Below are positions 12,921 to 27,516 of a stretch of 64,000 bases of DNA, one piece after another. The DNA comes from the human T2T-CHM13v2.0 reference genome, Homo sapiens. The stretch lies in NCBI RefSeq assembly GCF_009914755.1, contig NC_060926.1; one strand, written 5' to 3'. The position numbers and the translations under genes are program-made. Numbering within the stretch: the first letter of the stretch is position 1; every line of letters begins with the position of its first letter. The notes below the pieces were generated by a model, which was given only the letters and a program-made list of their open reading frames with translations, was not told the DNA's origin and searched no databases.

Positions 12921-14424
12921 TTAATAACTGAAAACGTCGCTAAGGGGTTTGAAAAGACGAGCATTTGATGAAAACTTTTTGAAAAAGATTGGTAAGAATG
13001 ACTTAGGCAGCTTTATATTAAAACAATAGGTACCGTTAGGCTCAGATTCATATACTTATTAAGCAACCTTGTGCTCTTAATTTTTTTCCAAGTAAGCTTC
13101 TGTGTAAAGCAAACTCAGTGACCTTGTGAAGAGAATATTATTTGAGTTTATAAGATATTGTCCATAGTAAATAACTAAATTAGCTTTGGGGGATCACTCT
13201 TGGGCAAGGTAAAATGATCCCTTGAGGTGCTGGGCCTTCTGGGCTGAGAGATCAAGCACCTTGACGGCTCATAGAGAAGTTATCATCTTGAAGCCTTTGC
13301 CCAGCCATCAACCTACTCCTTGTTGCTGTAGCTTCATTTGATGAAATTTAAGAAAAGTGTTTTTCTCTTCAAATTGCTATCCCCTCCTAATTTTTTTTTT
13401 TTTTTTTTTTTTTGATACTGTTTTGAACCAGTAACCATGGTTTCTTGTAGAGGCTCCTTGGGAGCTTTAACAACATCAGTCAGTTTCACAGCTGGAAGCA
13501 GAGTGATCTAGATAAAAGCATAATAAAAAAGCTTACTGAGGTTTTTTTCCCCCCTGTTATAACAATTCTTTCATTAGGGAGCACTTTGCATAAAGTGAAA
13601 TGTTCTCTGTTCCCACTGAAGTAGACATTTTAATTTAAATTAACAGTAACGTAGTACCTGGTTCCTTTTTAGAGTCTAGAAAAGGGAGGTAATACTACCA
13701 TTCACCTGTCCTTCACCTGAACCTACCCTGTCTCTGTCCCCTTCTTTTTTTGTTTCTATTTTCTTACCATCTTTCTGGGCCAATGGTGAGTGATAGTAAT
13801 ACTGACATTTGGGGTTCAAGATGGATGAAGTCGTGAAGTTGTAGCTTTGAATTAATGAGGGAAAAAGGAGTTAAGTAGCAATAAAAACTTGATACAGTGG
13901 TACCAGGAGTTTATTTGTCAGGATCAAGAAGAGTCAAGGACTGGCTCTTGTCAGAGGGCCAGAGTAAGTAATTTGTTAGAAGTCAGCGTTGGCAGCAAGC
14001 ACTGTCTTGACGGATGGCACTATTGAGAAGGGAAAGGAAACCTATATTTATTAAACTCTTTACAGAAAAGCTTGCCAACCCTCATTGAGATAGACTGGAT
14101 CAGTCTACCCTGGACTGGATATGAGAATGGTTATATTGTGGGGAAAGCACACTCTTAGGTTATACTGCTTGTGGATATTAGTATAGCTGTGGCATAAAAG
14201 GAGCATGATGGGAATTTGGATGAGAGTAGTGGGTCTTCTGGGCCTTTCTTTATCGAAAGTCTAAACCCTGCCTGTGAAAGGAAACTCCAAATGTAAACAT
14301 TGAATGTTTATTTTTTTTTACACATTTCTTTGTCCTTCCTACATGTATACCTATGTCCATACTCTCACATGGTTTTACTGTAATTCTGTTATTCGTATAC
14401 TTACATAAATGTGGACTTACACAA

Positions 14425-14580
14425 GCATCTTAATTGGAAATGACCTTGGAGATCACGTTTCAACATCCTTATTTTACAGGTGGCAAAAACTAAGTCCCTT
14501 ACAAGTTATATGCCTGGTGTCACAAAAGCAGGTTAGTGGCAAGTTTTGGGAGTAAAACCCTGGTTCTTTGAATTCCTGTT
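14425..14580 (-). mobile_element. MIR/MIR3
   Basis: gaccttggagatca...attttacaggtggcaaaaactaag...gttagtggca. Confidence 0.7.
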
Positions 14581-17500
14581 GTCATGCGTACAGGTATTCA
14601 CATATGAAGTCTGCCCTATAAGGCCTCACCCAATATGTATCTTTAGCTTTAAGTAGCCTTTCTTAGAAAACTAAAACAGCTGAAGAGAAGAGAAGCATTA
14701 AATCTAGATTCTTCTAACTTAACTCTGCTACTGATTATCTTTGCGATTTTTAGGAAGTGTACCATTCTTTGATAAACAGAAATAAGGATCCAGAAGATAA
14801 ATTGTAATTATAAAGATTACTGTGGACTAAGATCCTGATATTTGCCTCATTTCCTGATCCCTTTCACAGTGTAATTTATGTGAAGGAAATGTACAATTAT
14901 TCAAGTAAACACGGTACTAGATTCACAGTTCCTAAGTATAATAATTTATAAGTGGAACATTGAAGAATCCAGAATTCATGTTGCTGTAAACATGTTACAT
15001 AAGCTTATTTAAATGTTTTCCTTTTGTGAATTCAATAAATGGTAATTTGTAATTTATAATAAAACATACGATTATGATTTCGTAACTTACTGAAAAAAAC
15101 TTTAAGAAAATTAGGTATCGTTCAACTGAAAAGACAAAAGGAATATACCAGAAATTATAGCCATTTTATTTTCATGTTCCTGATGGGGGTATTGCTGTCA
15201 CAATTGGGGCAGAGTCATTATTTTTCTCAAATTCAGGATTAGAAAGGTCTTTGCCTTTATTGCATCAGAACATAATCACAGAATTTCTTCTTGCTGGTTC
15301 CCTGGGGACACTCTTTAGACAAGAGAAATCCTAGGAGAAATTTGCACAAAAGATGTACATCAGAAACTAAACTACAAGAGCAGATATTAGCATGCTTTTG
15401 GTTTGTTGTGCAGATGGTTTATAAAATCCTTAACATCGGTATTACTTGCCTACTTTTAATTAACCTCTAAAGAATTGTGTAATTGTTACTTCTTTCCTTC
15501 TCTATGATAAGTCAGCCCTCTCAGCTTTCTTTCCTGATACAGTTGAAAGCATTTTAAATTTTATCCTTAGAAATACAAATACTGAACAAATTAATGTTGT
15601 AGTTCAACATACTTAACCAATCTTAATTATAAATTAGGATGCGATGAGACTGTTTCACTTTTAAAATACATGATTGATGTTTAATCTTTCAGAAATTTAA
15701 GCTATTATAGTAATGCAATTGCTTATACTTAGTTTTGTGTTTTTATTAAAGTCTTATCTTTAAATGGATTGTCTCATTGAAGAAAATTAAATGGGCCAAA
15801 TGTTTGTTTAACTTCGGAATTCTAAATAAATATTTTTCTTATAGTTTTATTAGAATTGGGATTGATATTTATGTAATAATAATGGTTTGATTGTCACTTA
15901 TCTGGAACTCTGATTTACCAGCACAGTTCAATTATCTAAGTTAATATTTTTCAGTTCTTCAAAACCATGTTTCTATTTGATAGTTGTAAAACCACCTCTT
16001 CATCTTTGCTATTGTCTGAAATTTAAAATAAATATAACTTGTTTTTTAAAAATCAAAAGAATCAGGTAGAAAGTACTGCTTTGTTTTCAAACTTACTAGC
16101 ACACCTCCAATGTATTGAATTCTATTTAAATTTACAAAACAGAAGTTTCTTACATGAGTTTCATGGACCACTTCAGAGGCTCATTAAATCTGATATTATA
16201 TATAAAGTTTTATCCATGTGGGAATTCTTTTGAGATGAAATATCTGTAGCTTTATTGGAGTCTTGACGCTTTCCATCACCTAAACAAGGTTAAAAACTAT
16301 TTTTATAGGACCTCTGAAGTATCATACTTTCCAAAAGAATATTTAAGGTAAAATTGCTTTGCTTTCTAGAATCACTTAATTATAGAATCTTGGTGTAGCC
16401 AGCCTCCATTTTTACAGATGCCACAAGTTGTGATTTACCCAATGATATTGTAGTTTAATCTTTGTCAAATTAGCAGGGGACACAATGAGGCGTCCTAATT
16501 GGTGTCCTAATTGTTTTTGGTGTCCTAATTGTTTTTTAGGGCCTTTTTAGCCTTGCAGCCTCTGCATAGAGGTTATTGAGCTCTCAACTAGGCAAGCAGG
16601 TATTAGTATTTGAATACAAAGCTTTTATGGGCACAATAGAGATCTCCGATAATTTGCCTCAATTATTTCATGAAGTGTTAATGTGATACTGTGTCATCTC
16701 TTTGCTGTATATGGTGTATGTTCTTACACTGTATATGGAAGCCCCTGTAGTTGCAGAGGAAAATCTGTCTTTGACAGCATCTGTGTTGAGGTAGACTTTC
16801 AGGAGTGAGATCATGAGATTTCAGACTATAAGAATCTCAGACCTGTGAGCATTTCATTTATTCATTTAACAAAGATTTATTGTGTGCCTGCTTATGGAGA
16901 TGTAGGTTTTACTGGTTTTGGGATACCAAAAGAGCCCCATTGTGTCCCCTGCTAATTTGACAAGGATTAAACTACAGTATCATTGGGTAGATCACAACTT
17001 GTGGCATCTGTAAAAATGGAGGCTGGCTACACCAAGATTCTGTGATTAAGTGATTCTAGAAAGCAAAGCAAATTTATCTTATAGAATACTTGTGGAAAAT
17101 TATAGTACTGTGTTCATTTAATAATATCGGTTTGGTTAATATTGGGAAATGTTTTTCTGATTACTTAACCTGAAGAATAAAATGCCATACAGTAATACTG
17201 ACAGCAGTTCTTACAAAATAGTCCTTAGCGTAGTAGTCTCACAGAGTTATGAAATTCTCAGACTACTAGGAATTAAAGAAATCTCCTAATTTAAATATAG
17301 GACCAAAGCCCAAAAAAAATCTTTGTTTTATTTACCATTTTGTACTATTTGATAAAGATTTGACTGTCGGGCTTAAGTTAGTGATTTTTTAAATGTTTTA
17401 ATTTAGAGGTTATGTTTCACATTGTAAACCTAGATCCTGAATTTTTATATTTAGTAATATAAGATGGCATACTTAACAAATGCAAAGGCTACAACAAATT

Positions 17501-17999
17501 AATTGAGAGTATTCTTAAATAAACTTAAATTTTAATCATTTTTGTGTATACTTAAGATGATTTCAAAATAAAGGTTTTATGATTTAATGTGCTATTACAT
17601 TTCAAAGAGTTAAAGACTTACGCCATTCTACAATATTCATTTTAACTGGTATACTTGAGGTTTATGAACTGTGAGGTTTTGTGTGTCTTTCCAATCCCTG
17701 TTAATCCATTTGGCTTTTCAAACTGGAACAAGATTCTTCAATATTCTAAATCCTATTTTAAGATTCCTTAGCCAGTTCAGCTCATGTAAAGAAATCATCC
17801 AAAAGGAATATTAACAATGTAATATTTATATTGTGTTTGTTTTTACACACTGTGCTTTTGTGGTTTTACTTTATATGCTTAGGGTGTATAATTGGTTTCC
17901 AAGGGTCAATATGTGATCAACAGTGTTTTACCTATGGGAAGTGGGGTTCTATTGATATAGGAACCTCAATTATACATCCTTCCTCTTTGTTCCCATGAA

Positions 18000-18180
18000 T
18001 AGTATCCTGAGCTCATAACCTATAACCTTATGATGTTTACATGTTATTTTAATTACCTCTTATCTCAACTAAATCTCCCTCAAATCCTTGAGAACAGAGA
18101 CATCAGTTAAATCAACTTTGAATCCTCAGAATGTAGCACACAGCAGACATGCAAATATTTTTTAAATGAATGAATCAATT
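18000..18180 (+). mobile_element. L2 3' end
   Basis: ccttgagaacagaga...tagcacacagcagac...aaatgaatgaat. Confidence 0.6.
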
Positions 18181-18329
18181 GTGAGACATGAGGGCTTATC
18201 TTGGATCCTCTATAGTCACTAAACAGGATTTTAAACTGGAGAATACTGTATTGGCCAATGGTTATCTGGAAAACCATAATCAATGGGAGTATTGTTTGTG
18301 TTTGTGGCAGGGGCTGGGGCTGGGGCTGG

Positions 18330-19053
18330 GGAAGATTTTCAGGAAATGGCTCAGTAATTGTAGGTGCTGGAGAGTCTGAAATCTGTAGAGTGGGCTGGCA
18401 GGCTGGAGACCCAGGGAAGAGTTGATGTTACAACTTGATTCTGAAGGCAGTCCTGAGGCAGAATTCCTTTTTCCTTGGGCAACCTCAGTCTTTTTCTCTT
18501 GAAAGCCTTCAGCTGATTAGATAAGGCCTACTCATATTATGAAAGATAATCTGCTTTACTCACAGTTTACTGATTTAAATGTGAATCTCTTTTTTTTTAT
18601 TATTATACTTTAAGTTCTAGGGCACATGTGCACAACGTGCATGTTTGTTACATACGTATATATGTGCCATATTGGTGTGCTGCACCCATTAACTCGTCAT
18701 TTACATTGGGTATATCTCCTAATGCTTTCCCTCCCATTTCCCCCCTCCCCACAACAGGCCCCGGTGTGTGATGTTCCCCTTCCTGTGTCCAAGTGTTCTC
18801 ATTGTTCATTTCCCACCTATGAGTGAGAATATGCAGTGTTTAGTTTTTTGTTCTTGCGATAGTTTGCTGAGAATGATGGTTTCCAGCTTCATCCATGTCC
18901 CTACAAAGGACATGAACTCATCCGTTTTTATGTCTGCATAGTATTCCATGGTGAATCTCATCTAAAGAATACCTTCTCCCAGACAGCTAAGCTGGTGTTT
19001 GACCAGATATCTGGGTACAATGCCTTAGTTAAATTGACACATAAAATTAACCA
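18330..19053 (-). mobile_element. MLT2 (MLT2D-like) ERVL LTR, split by an L1PA insertion
   Basis: ggcaggctggagacccagggaagagttgatg...; terminus aaattgacacataaaattaacca. Confidence 0.8.
18590..18950 (-). mobile_element. 5'-truncated L1PA (about PA4-6) 3' end, 9-bp TSD
   Basis: tattatactttaagttctaggg...; TSD gtgaatctc at 18581-18589 and 18951-18959. Confidence 0.93.
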
Positions 19054-19561
19054 ATTAAGTGATTAATTTCAGTGGGAAGATTCAGCATTCTCGTAAATGA
19101 AATTAGCTATAAAAAATTGAAATTATTATAAGGAATAGTCACAAGTTATAAAAGAAACATTCATTGCTATGGCCAGGAATATATTGCTATATTGGAATCT
19201 TTAAGGGCAGAATGGAAAAAAAATGAAAGCATATGAACAATTATTACATAACATATAAATTAGGAAATTTTAAAGGAGAAATGATCAGAATTTAGGAAAG
19301 TATTCTTAAAGGATGTGAATTTTGATAAAAATTTGAAGAAAGTATGCATGCTGTGCATATATGGAGTTGGCAGAGAAGCCTGATAAGTAGAGTACCACAG
19401 GCCTTATGAGAGGCTTGGGGAAGGAAGGACAGGGAGAAACTGGCAAAGAGCGTTGCATATACATTTTAAATTTGTTTAGCTGGAGAATTAAAAAAACAAA
19501 AACAAAAAACTTCTAGGAGTTAATTAGGAAGGAAGAGATTAAATGAAAACATTTCTTTTAC

Positions 19562-19710
19562 ATTTTTCTTTTTTTTAATTTTAAGACATTATTTTAGATT
19601 CAAGGGGCACATGTGCAGTTTTGTTACATGGGTATATTGCATAACTCTGGGGTTTGGGCTTCTATTGAACTCATCGTTCAAATAATCAAGATACTACCCA
19701 ACTGGTAGTT
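19562..19710 (-). mobile_element. Short L1PB/L1MA 3' end within an L2 relic (~19300-20000)
   Basis: ttttagattcaaggggcacatgtgcag...catgggtatattgcat. Confidence 0.75.
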
Positions 19711-20535
19711 AAAAAAAAAATTTCTTAAAGATCTAGTTTTACATGTATGATGGACTAGAGTGGTTGCTAAGCCCAAGTACAGGAGATGAGGACCTGGACA
19801 AAGATTTATAAATAGAAACAAAATCCAAATAGAGAATTGAGACTTCTCAGAGACTGCTGAGAGAATTGACAGAACTTTGTGATTTAATGTTGGAGACAAC
19901 ACAAGAGAGGATATACTGATTTTGCCTAAATTGTCAATCTAGTATTGTAAGAATGATGTTGTTAATTTTGACAGTGATGTGGAAATTTACCAAGATGGGC
20001 AAGTGGAATATAAGGAATGATGTACACATGTGACTCAGATATTCTGTGGGGCGAAAGTGGTTTTATCATTGTATTCCAATATACTGGACATTCTGAGACA
20101 CAAAATATGGTATCTTCCTATTAAGGGATGTTATTCTACTAGGGGAAACTGGCATACTTTTATTATAAACTTCATAGTATAACATATAATATTTGAAGAT
20201 ATCAGATATATCACATAAATGGTAAATCATCTCTCTCAGTATAGTCAGTGTCTACTGTGACAAAGCAACAAAAACTGTAGCAGTTTAAAGTGGGAAGGTA
20301 TTTACATGTATTTTCTGCGAAGGATTTATGAGTGTCTCAGATTGAGGCCCTTATACGTAGGATTTTTAAAAACTTTATTTACACAGTGGGACAAATAGGG
20401 AAGCAGGAAGCCCCACAAGTTGGAGGCTTAGCTATGACTTAAATATACTACATGTTTTTTTCCCTAAACTATTAATTTGGAATATCTTGTAACTTATATA
20501 CAGCCCTTCTACTATTTTATTATGTATGATTGATC

Positions 20536-20831
20536 TTTTTTTTTTTTTTTTTTGAGACCGAGTCTCACTCTTTTGCCCATGCTGGAGTGCAATGGCATAC
20601 ATGACCTTGGCTCACTGCAAACCTCTGCCTCCTGTTTTAAGCGATTCTCGTGCCTCAGCCTCCCGAGTAGCTGGGATTACAGGTGCCCGCCACCACGTCC
20701 GGCAAATTTTTGTATTTTTAGTAGAGATGGGGTTTCACCATGTTGGCCAGGTTGGTCTCGAACTCCTGACCTCAGGTGATCCACCCGCCTCCGCCTCCCA
20801 AACTGCTGGGATTGCAGGCGTGAGCCCAGCC
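20536..20831 (-). mobile_element. AluSx/Sz
   Basis: Full dimer with poly-T; ttggccagg...ctgacctcaggtgatcc. Confidence 0.95.
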
Positions 20832-21004
20832 GATTAATCATTTTTATATGCCTAAGCCTTAGTCCTATTATATAAATCAGAGCCCTGTAGCTTCACTTTT
20901 ATAAAATCCTTTTATTGCATATTCCCCATTCCCTTCTTTAGTCTATCAGTCTCAGAAGTTCGTCAAAGTATTGGGCATTTCTTGGGAGCAGCATTGCGAT
21001 TATG

Positions 21005-21314
21005 TTTTTTTGTTGTTGTTGTTGTTTTTGAGGCAGGGTCTGGCTCTGTCGCCCAGGCTGGAGTGCAGTGGTGGTGCAATGTTGGCTCACTGCAACCTCT
21101 GCCTCCCTGGCCCAAGCCATCCTACTGCCTCAGTCTCTTGAGTAGCTGAGACTACAGGCATGTGCCACCACGCCCTGCTAATTTTTTGTATTTTTTGTAG
21201 AGATGGGGTCTTGCCATGTTGTCCAGGCTGGTCTCAAACTCCTGAGCTCAAGTGATCCGCACGCCTTGGCCTCCCAAAGTGCTGGGATTACAGGCTTGAG
21301 CCACCACACCTGTC
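21005..21314 (-). mobile_element. AluJb
   Basis: (TTG)n tail; cctgagctcaagtgatcc. Confidence 0.93.
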
Positions 21315-22022
21315 TGCATTGAAATTATTATGTTTTTTATTTCCCATTCGTTGTTATTTTGTTGTTACTTATACTGTGTATGCCTTTGCTTTCATTATTT
21401 GCACATAGTCCTGACAATGGCATTAATTGGGATATTCCTTGGGCCAGAGATACATATTCTTACTATTGTCACTGTGCTTGAGCCTACATCCTCTTGCTTT
21501 CTTTCCAGATAGGAATTTCTTTCGGTGATAGTATTTATTCCTGTGCTTGTTTCTCAAGCCCTATTCTAATTTCCATCCTCCAAACCTTATTGCCTCTTAC
21601 TATTATTACTCTCATAGTAAATATCTTCTTTGGATTGCATTCATAGCAATTTATATGATACGCATAGAATGTGAATTACTGAAATAAAACTATTCTGTTC
21701 ACCTCAATATTCTGTACCTCAGTTTTCGTTAAGTCAAACTGATTTTCTCTGCAAGTAGTTTGTGTTTTCAGTGTTTCAGTACATGTTATTATCTTACAGT
21801 ATGGAAATATTATCTAGTAGTGTAAAGATTTGTCACATAAAATTACTAGAAAAATAGAATGTTTAAAATATGCATGCAATTTACATGGGAAGCTTTACAC
21901 AGTTCTATAGTTTTAGTGTTTTTTTTTTAAATGCTGTTCATTTATAAGAGTTAATGAGTCAGTGAAACTACATTTTTAATAATACCAGGAGGAAAGGATT
22001 TAATAGATCTTTAACATCTTCT

Positions 22023-22323
22023 GTTTTTTTTGTTTGTTTTTGATAGAACCTCACTCTGTCACCCAGGCTAGAGTACAGTGGTACAATCAGAGCTCACTTT
22101 AACTTCCAACTCCTGGGCTCAAGCGATCTTCCCACTTCAGCTTTCCAAATAGCTGGCACTACAAATATGTACCACCATTCCCAGCTAAGTTTTTAAAAAA
22201 ATTTTTAGAGATGGCATCTCACTATGTTGACCAAGCTGGTCTCGAACTCCTGGCTGCAAGCTGTCCTTTCACCTCTGCCTCCCAAAGTGCTGGGATTACA
22301 GCCATGAGCCACTGCATCTGGTC
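22023..22323 (-). mobile_element. AluJo/Jb
   Basis: Diverged dimer; degenerate TSD agatctttaacatctt / agatccataacacctt. Confidence 0.92.
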
Positions 22324-22421
22324 AGATCCATAACACCTTAATGCCACATCTTTTTCTGACAGTTTTATTGATTGGGATTACTCTAGAGATCATTCTTTGG
22401 AAAACAGCTCCTCCTTCCTCC

Positions 22422-22744
22422 TTTTTTTTTTTTTTGTTTTCTTTCTTTCTTCTTTTTTTGAGATGGAGTCTCGCTCTGTCGCCCAGGCTAGAGTACAGTG
22501 GCGTGATCTCAGCTCACTGTAACCTCCGCCTCCTGGGTTCAAGCAATTCTCCTGCCTCAGCCTTCTGAGTGGCTGGGATTACAGGCACACACCACCACAC
22601 CCGGCTAATTTGTTTTTGTATTTTAGTAGAGACAGGGTTTCACCGTGTTGCCCAGGCTGGTCGTAAACTCCTGAGCTCAGGCAGTCCACCTCCCTTGGCC
22701 TCCCAAAGTGCTGGGATAACAGGCGTGAACCACTGCGCCCAGCC
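22422..22744 (-). mobile_element. AluS (Sz-like)
   Basis: gagatggagtctcgctctgtcgcccagg...cactgcgcccagcc. Confidence 0.95.
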
Positions 22745-23000
22745 ACTTCGTCCTTTCTTTACCGGAAGTCAGAATACAAGAATTCCTTCCTTATCAGGTA
22801 GTTTAATCTTTGTTAGAATTATTATGCCTTCACCGTTTAATTTTTTCTTGTTACTTCTTCTGTCGTTTCAAAAAATACTCATTATAATTAAAATTTAGGA
22901 AGAACCCTGGAACTTAATGTAGCTGTCAGAGAGATTAACTACAATTTGCTGACAAGTCATGTGATTGGGGAAGAATAGCAACAAGTAATTGGATTGTTAA

Positions 23001-23321
<321 letters not shown>

Positions 23322-23827
23322 TAAAAAATACACTCTAAGTTATTTTCCAAATTTACGTAGTAACTAGCACTTTCTTGAATATTTCTTTAGGTAATCAAGA
23401 CAATAAATATATTTTGGCTAATAAATAAGTAAGGTTAAATTAAAAATTTAAGTTATTTTTAAATAAAATAAATATTATTTAAATAAAACGTTTTAAATAA
23501 AATATTCTCCAATTTCTTTAATCATTTTATAAAAATTTGTTATCCTCCATATAAAAGTAGATATAAAAACATTGTTTAGTATGTTAATGTGAACTAAGCA
23601 GTGTCATGTACATCAGCCTCAGAAATGGAATTTTACCAATACTGTGGAAACTCCCTGTGTAAGCCTGTCTCAACTTATTCCTCTTCCTGCACTGTTCCCC
23701 AGTGTGTGAACACTATGCTGAATTTTGACTGTTATGCTCTTGATTTTTAAAAAGGTTTTACTGCGTATGTATCTATTCCTAAATTATCTATTGATCCACT
23801 TATTTTATCAAACTTTTTAAAAAAGAT

Positions 23828-26165
23828 AAGACGTACCTACAAGATATTGTGGGTTCAGTTCCAGACTACCACAATAAAGCAAATATTGCTATAAAGTGAA
23901 TCACACAAATTTTTTGCTTCCCCAGTGCTTATAAAAGTTACGTTTATGCTATACCGTAGTCTATCAAGTGTGCAATAGCATTGTGTCTAAAAAAAATATA
24001 TACCTTAATTAAAACATACTTTATTGCTGAAAATTGCTAACGATTATGTGAACTTTCAGTGAGTCATAATCTTTTTGCTGGTAGAGGGTCTTACCTCAAT
24101 GTTGATGGTTGCTGACTAATCAGGATGGTGGTTGCTGAAGATTGGAATGCTTGTGGCAATTTCTTCAAATAAGACAGTGAAGTTTGCTGCATTGATTGAC
24201 TCTTCCTTTCACAAAAGATTTCTCTGTAACGTGATGCTATTTGATAACATTTTTTACCCACAGTATATCTTCTTTCAAAATTGGAGTTAATCTCAAACTC
24301 AGCCACTGCTTTACCAAGTTTATGTAATATTCTAAATCCTTTGTTGTCATTTCACCAATGTTCACACAGTATCTTCACCAGAAGTAGGTAACATCTTTAA
24401 AAACCACTTTCTTTGCTTATTCATAAGAAGCATCTCCTTATCCATTAATGTTTTATCATGAGATTGCAGCAATTTAGTCACTTTTCAGGCTCCATTTCGA
24501 ATTCTGGTTCTCTTGCTGTTTTTACCATATCTGCGGTTACTTCTACTGGTCTTGAACTCATAAAAGTCATCCATGATGGTTGGAACCAATCTATTCCAGG
24601 CTCCTGTTAATGTTGATATTTGATCTCCCATGAATCACGAATGTTCTTAATGGCATCCAGTATGATGAAGCCTTTCTAGAAGGTTTTTAGTTACTTTGCC
24701 CAGATCCATCAGAGGAATTACTATTTATGGCAGTTATAGCCTTATATAATATATTTCTTAAATAATAAGATTTGATAGTTAAAATTACTCATTGATCCAT
24801 GGGCTGCAGAGTGGATGTTATGCTAGCAGGCAGGAAAACACATTAATCTCCTTGTACATCTCCATCAGAGTTCTTGGGTGGCCAGGTGCATTGTGAATGA
24901 GCAGTAATATTTTGAAAGGAATCTTTTTTTCTGAGCAGTAGGTCTTAACATTGGGCTTAAAATATTCATTAAACTATGCTGTAAACAGATGTGCTGTCAT
25001 CTAGGATTTGTTGTTATAGCACACAGGCCAGGTAAATTAAACGTAATTCTTATTGGCCATAGGATTTTTGGAATAGTCACTGTGCACTGTCTTTACCTTC
25101 AAGTCACCAGCTGCATTAGCCCCTAATAAGAGTTGAGTTAGCCTGTCCTCTGAAGCTTTGAAGCTGGGTGTTGGTGTCTCCTCTCTAACTATGAAAGTCC
25201 TGAATGGCATCTTCTTCCAATAGAAGGCTGTTTCATCTACATTGAAATCTGCTGTTTAGTGTGGCCACTTTCATCATAGTTAGATCTTCTGGATAACTTG
25301 CTGCAGTATGTCCATCAGCACTTGCTGCTTCACCTTGCACTTTTATGTTATGGAGACAGCTTCTTTAACCATCATGAACCAATCTCTGTTAGCTTCAAAC
25401 TTCTGCAGCTTCTTCATCTCGCTGTCTTCATAGAATTGAAGATAGTTGGGGGTCTTGTTCTGGATTAGTTTTTGGCATAAGGAAATGCTGTAGCTGGTTT
25501 GATCTATCCAGACCACTCAAACTTTACCCATATGAGCAACAAGGAGGCTGTTTTGCTATCTTATCATTTGTGTGTTCGCTGGAGTAGCACTTTAAATTTC
25601 CTTCAAGAACTTTTCTTTTGCACTCACAACTTGGCTGACTGGTGTAAGAGGCCTAGTTCCAGCCGGTCTTGGCTTTTGACATGCCTTTTTCTCTAAGCTT
25701 AATCATTTCTAGCTTTTGATTTAAAGTGAGAGACATGTGACTCTTTCACTTGAACAGTTAAAGGCTATTGTAGGGTTATTAATTGACCTAATTTTAGTAT
25801 TATCGTGTCTCAGGTAATAGGGAGATGGCTGGTTTGGTGGAACAGTTAGAACATACACATTTGTTGATTAAGTTCGCTGCCTTATGTGGGCTTACATGTT
25901 CATGGTGCCCCAAAACAATTACAGTAGTAAAATCAAAGATCACTGATTACAGATCACCATAAGAGAGATAATAATAATGAAAAAGTTTGAGATATTGTGA
26001 GGTTTTCCAAAATGTGACACAGAGGCACAAAGTGAACACATGCTTTTGGAAAAATGGCACCGACAGACTTGCTTGGATCAGGGTTGCCACAAACCTTCAA
26101 TTTGTAAAAAACACAATATCTGCAAAGCACAATAAGTCAAAGTGCAATAAAAGGAGGTATGCCTG
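23828..26165 (-). mobile_element. Near-full-length Tigger1 (TcMar-Tigger) DNA transposon with decayed transposase
   Basis: Termini agacgtacctacaagatattgtgggttcagttccagac and gcaataaaaggaggtatgcctg|TA. ORF 24091-24306(-) YREIFCERKSQSMQQTSL...ISQQPSTLR matches the Tigger1/TIGD1-type C-terminus. Confidence 0.95.
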
Positions 26166-26466
26166 TATATTGTATGTATTCTACTATCTACCTCTTAAGT
26201 TTTTAAAAATTTTTAAGATTTATTTATGTTGCTCTGTAGAACATTTATTTTCCTGGGTTTATACTATTCAGTTAAGGGTATGTGACTGTTTGTTCTATTG
26301 TTGATTGATACATTGTTTTTTTCTACTATGAACAATTGAGCTATGAGTATTCTTATTTTGTGGTATGCATGTGCAAAAGTATCCCTTCCTAGAAGTAGAA
26401 TTGCTGAGTTATGGGGTTTGTGCATATTCAATTTCAGATAATGCCAAATTATTTTCCATTTTGGTT

Positions 26467-26680
26467 TGTGGCAGAGGGTGGCTAGATATACACTGAAAAT
26501 TTCCTCTTCTTCCTGGGCACAGAGTTAGGTTGAATTTTCCACCTCTGTTGCATCAGGAATGGCCATGTAAATGAATTCTAGTCAGTAGAATGTGAGTAGA
26601 AGTAATCTATGCCACTTTTAGGCCTGGCCCACAAAAATCTGCCATGCATCATCATTCAGTTTCTCTTCTCCCATCTTTTG
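26467..26680 (+). mobile_element. MLT1 (MLT1J-like) LTR fragment
   Basis: tgtggcagag...tggccatgt...tagaatgtgagtagaagt...aggcctggccc. Confidence 0.7.
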
Positions 26681-26999
26681 GCCAAGTTTTGTTTCTTTCA
26701 TACCAATTCCTGTACCTTTTCCTACCTGTTACTGTGCTGGCTAGACTTGTACAGCGTTGTATAGAAGTGGGGATTAATGAGTGTTATTTCTAATTTTAAA
26801 GAGCGTGCTTCTTATATTTCACAGATATCTACAGTACATTCTGTGTTCTCTAGATTACCTTTATGAAGCAAGGAGGTTCTCTTTAAGATTTTTTTTAAAA
26901 AAATTTATCGGGAATGCTGAATTTAATCTGATGTTTTACCAGTAATGATTGAGATGAACATTTGGGATTTCTCTTTTGTTTCCTTAATCTTGTGAATGA

Positions 27000-27402
<403 letters not shown>

Positions 27403-27516
27403 TGAGATATATTAATCTTTTGTTCATCACTTTCTTCAGTTTGAAGTATTTTTTGCTGTCTCCATATTTTCAGTCTTAGTTTGGATAGTGAGAAATACCA
27501 TGTTATATGAGTATTT

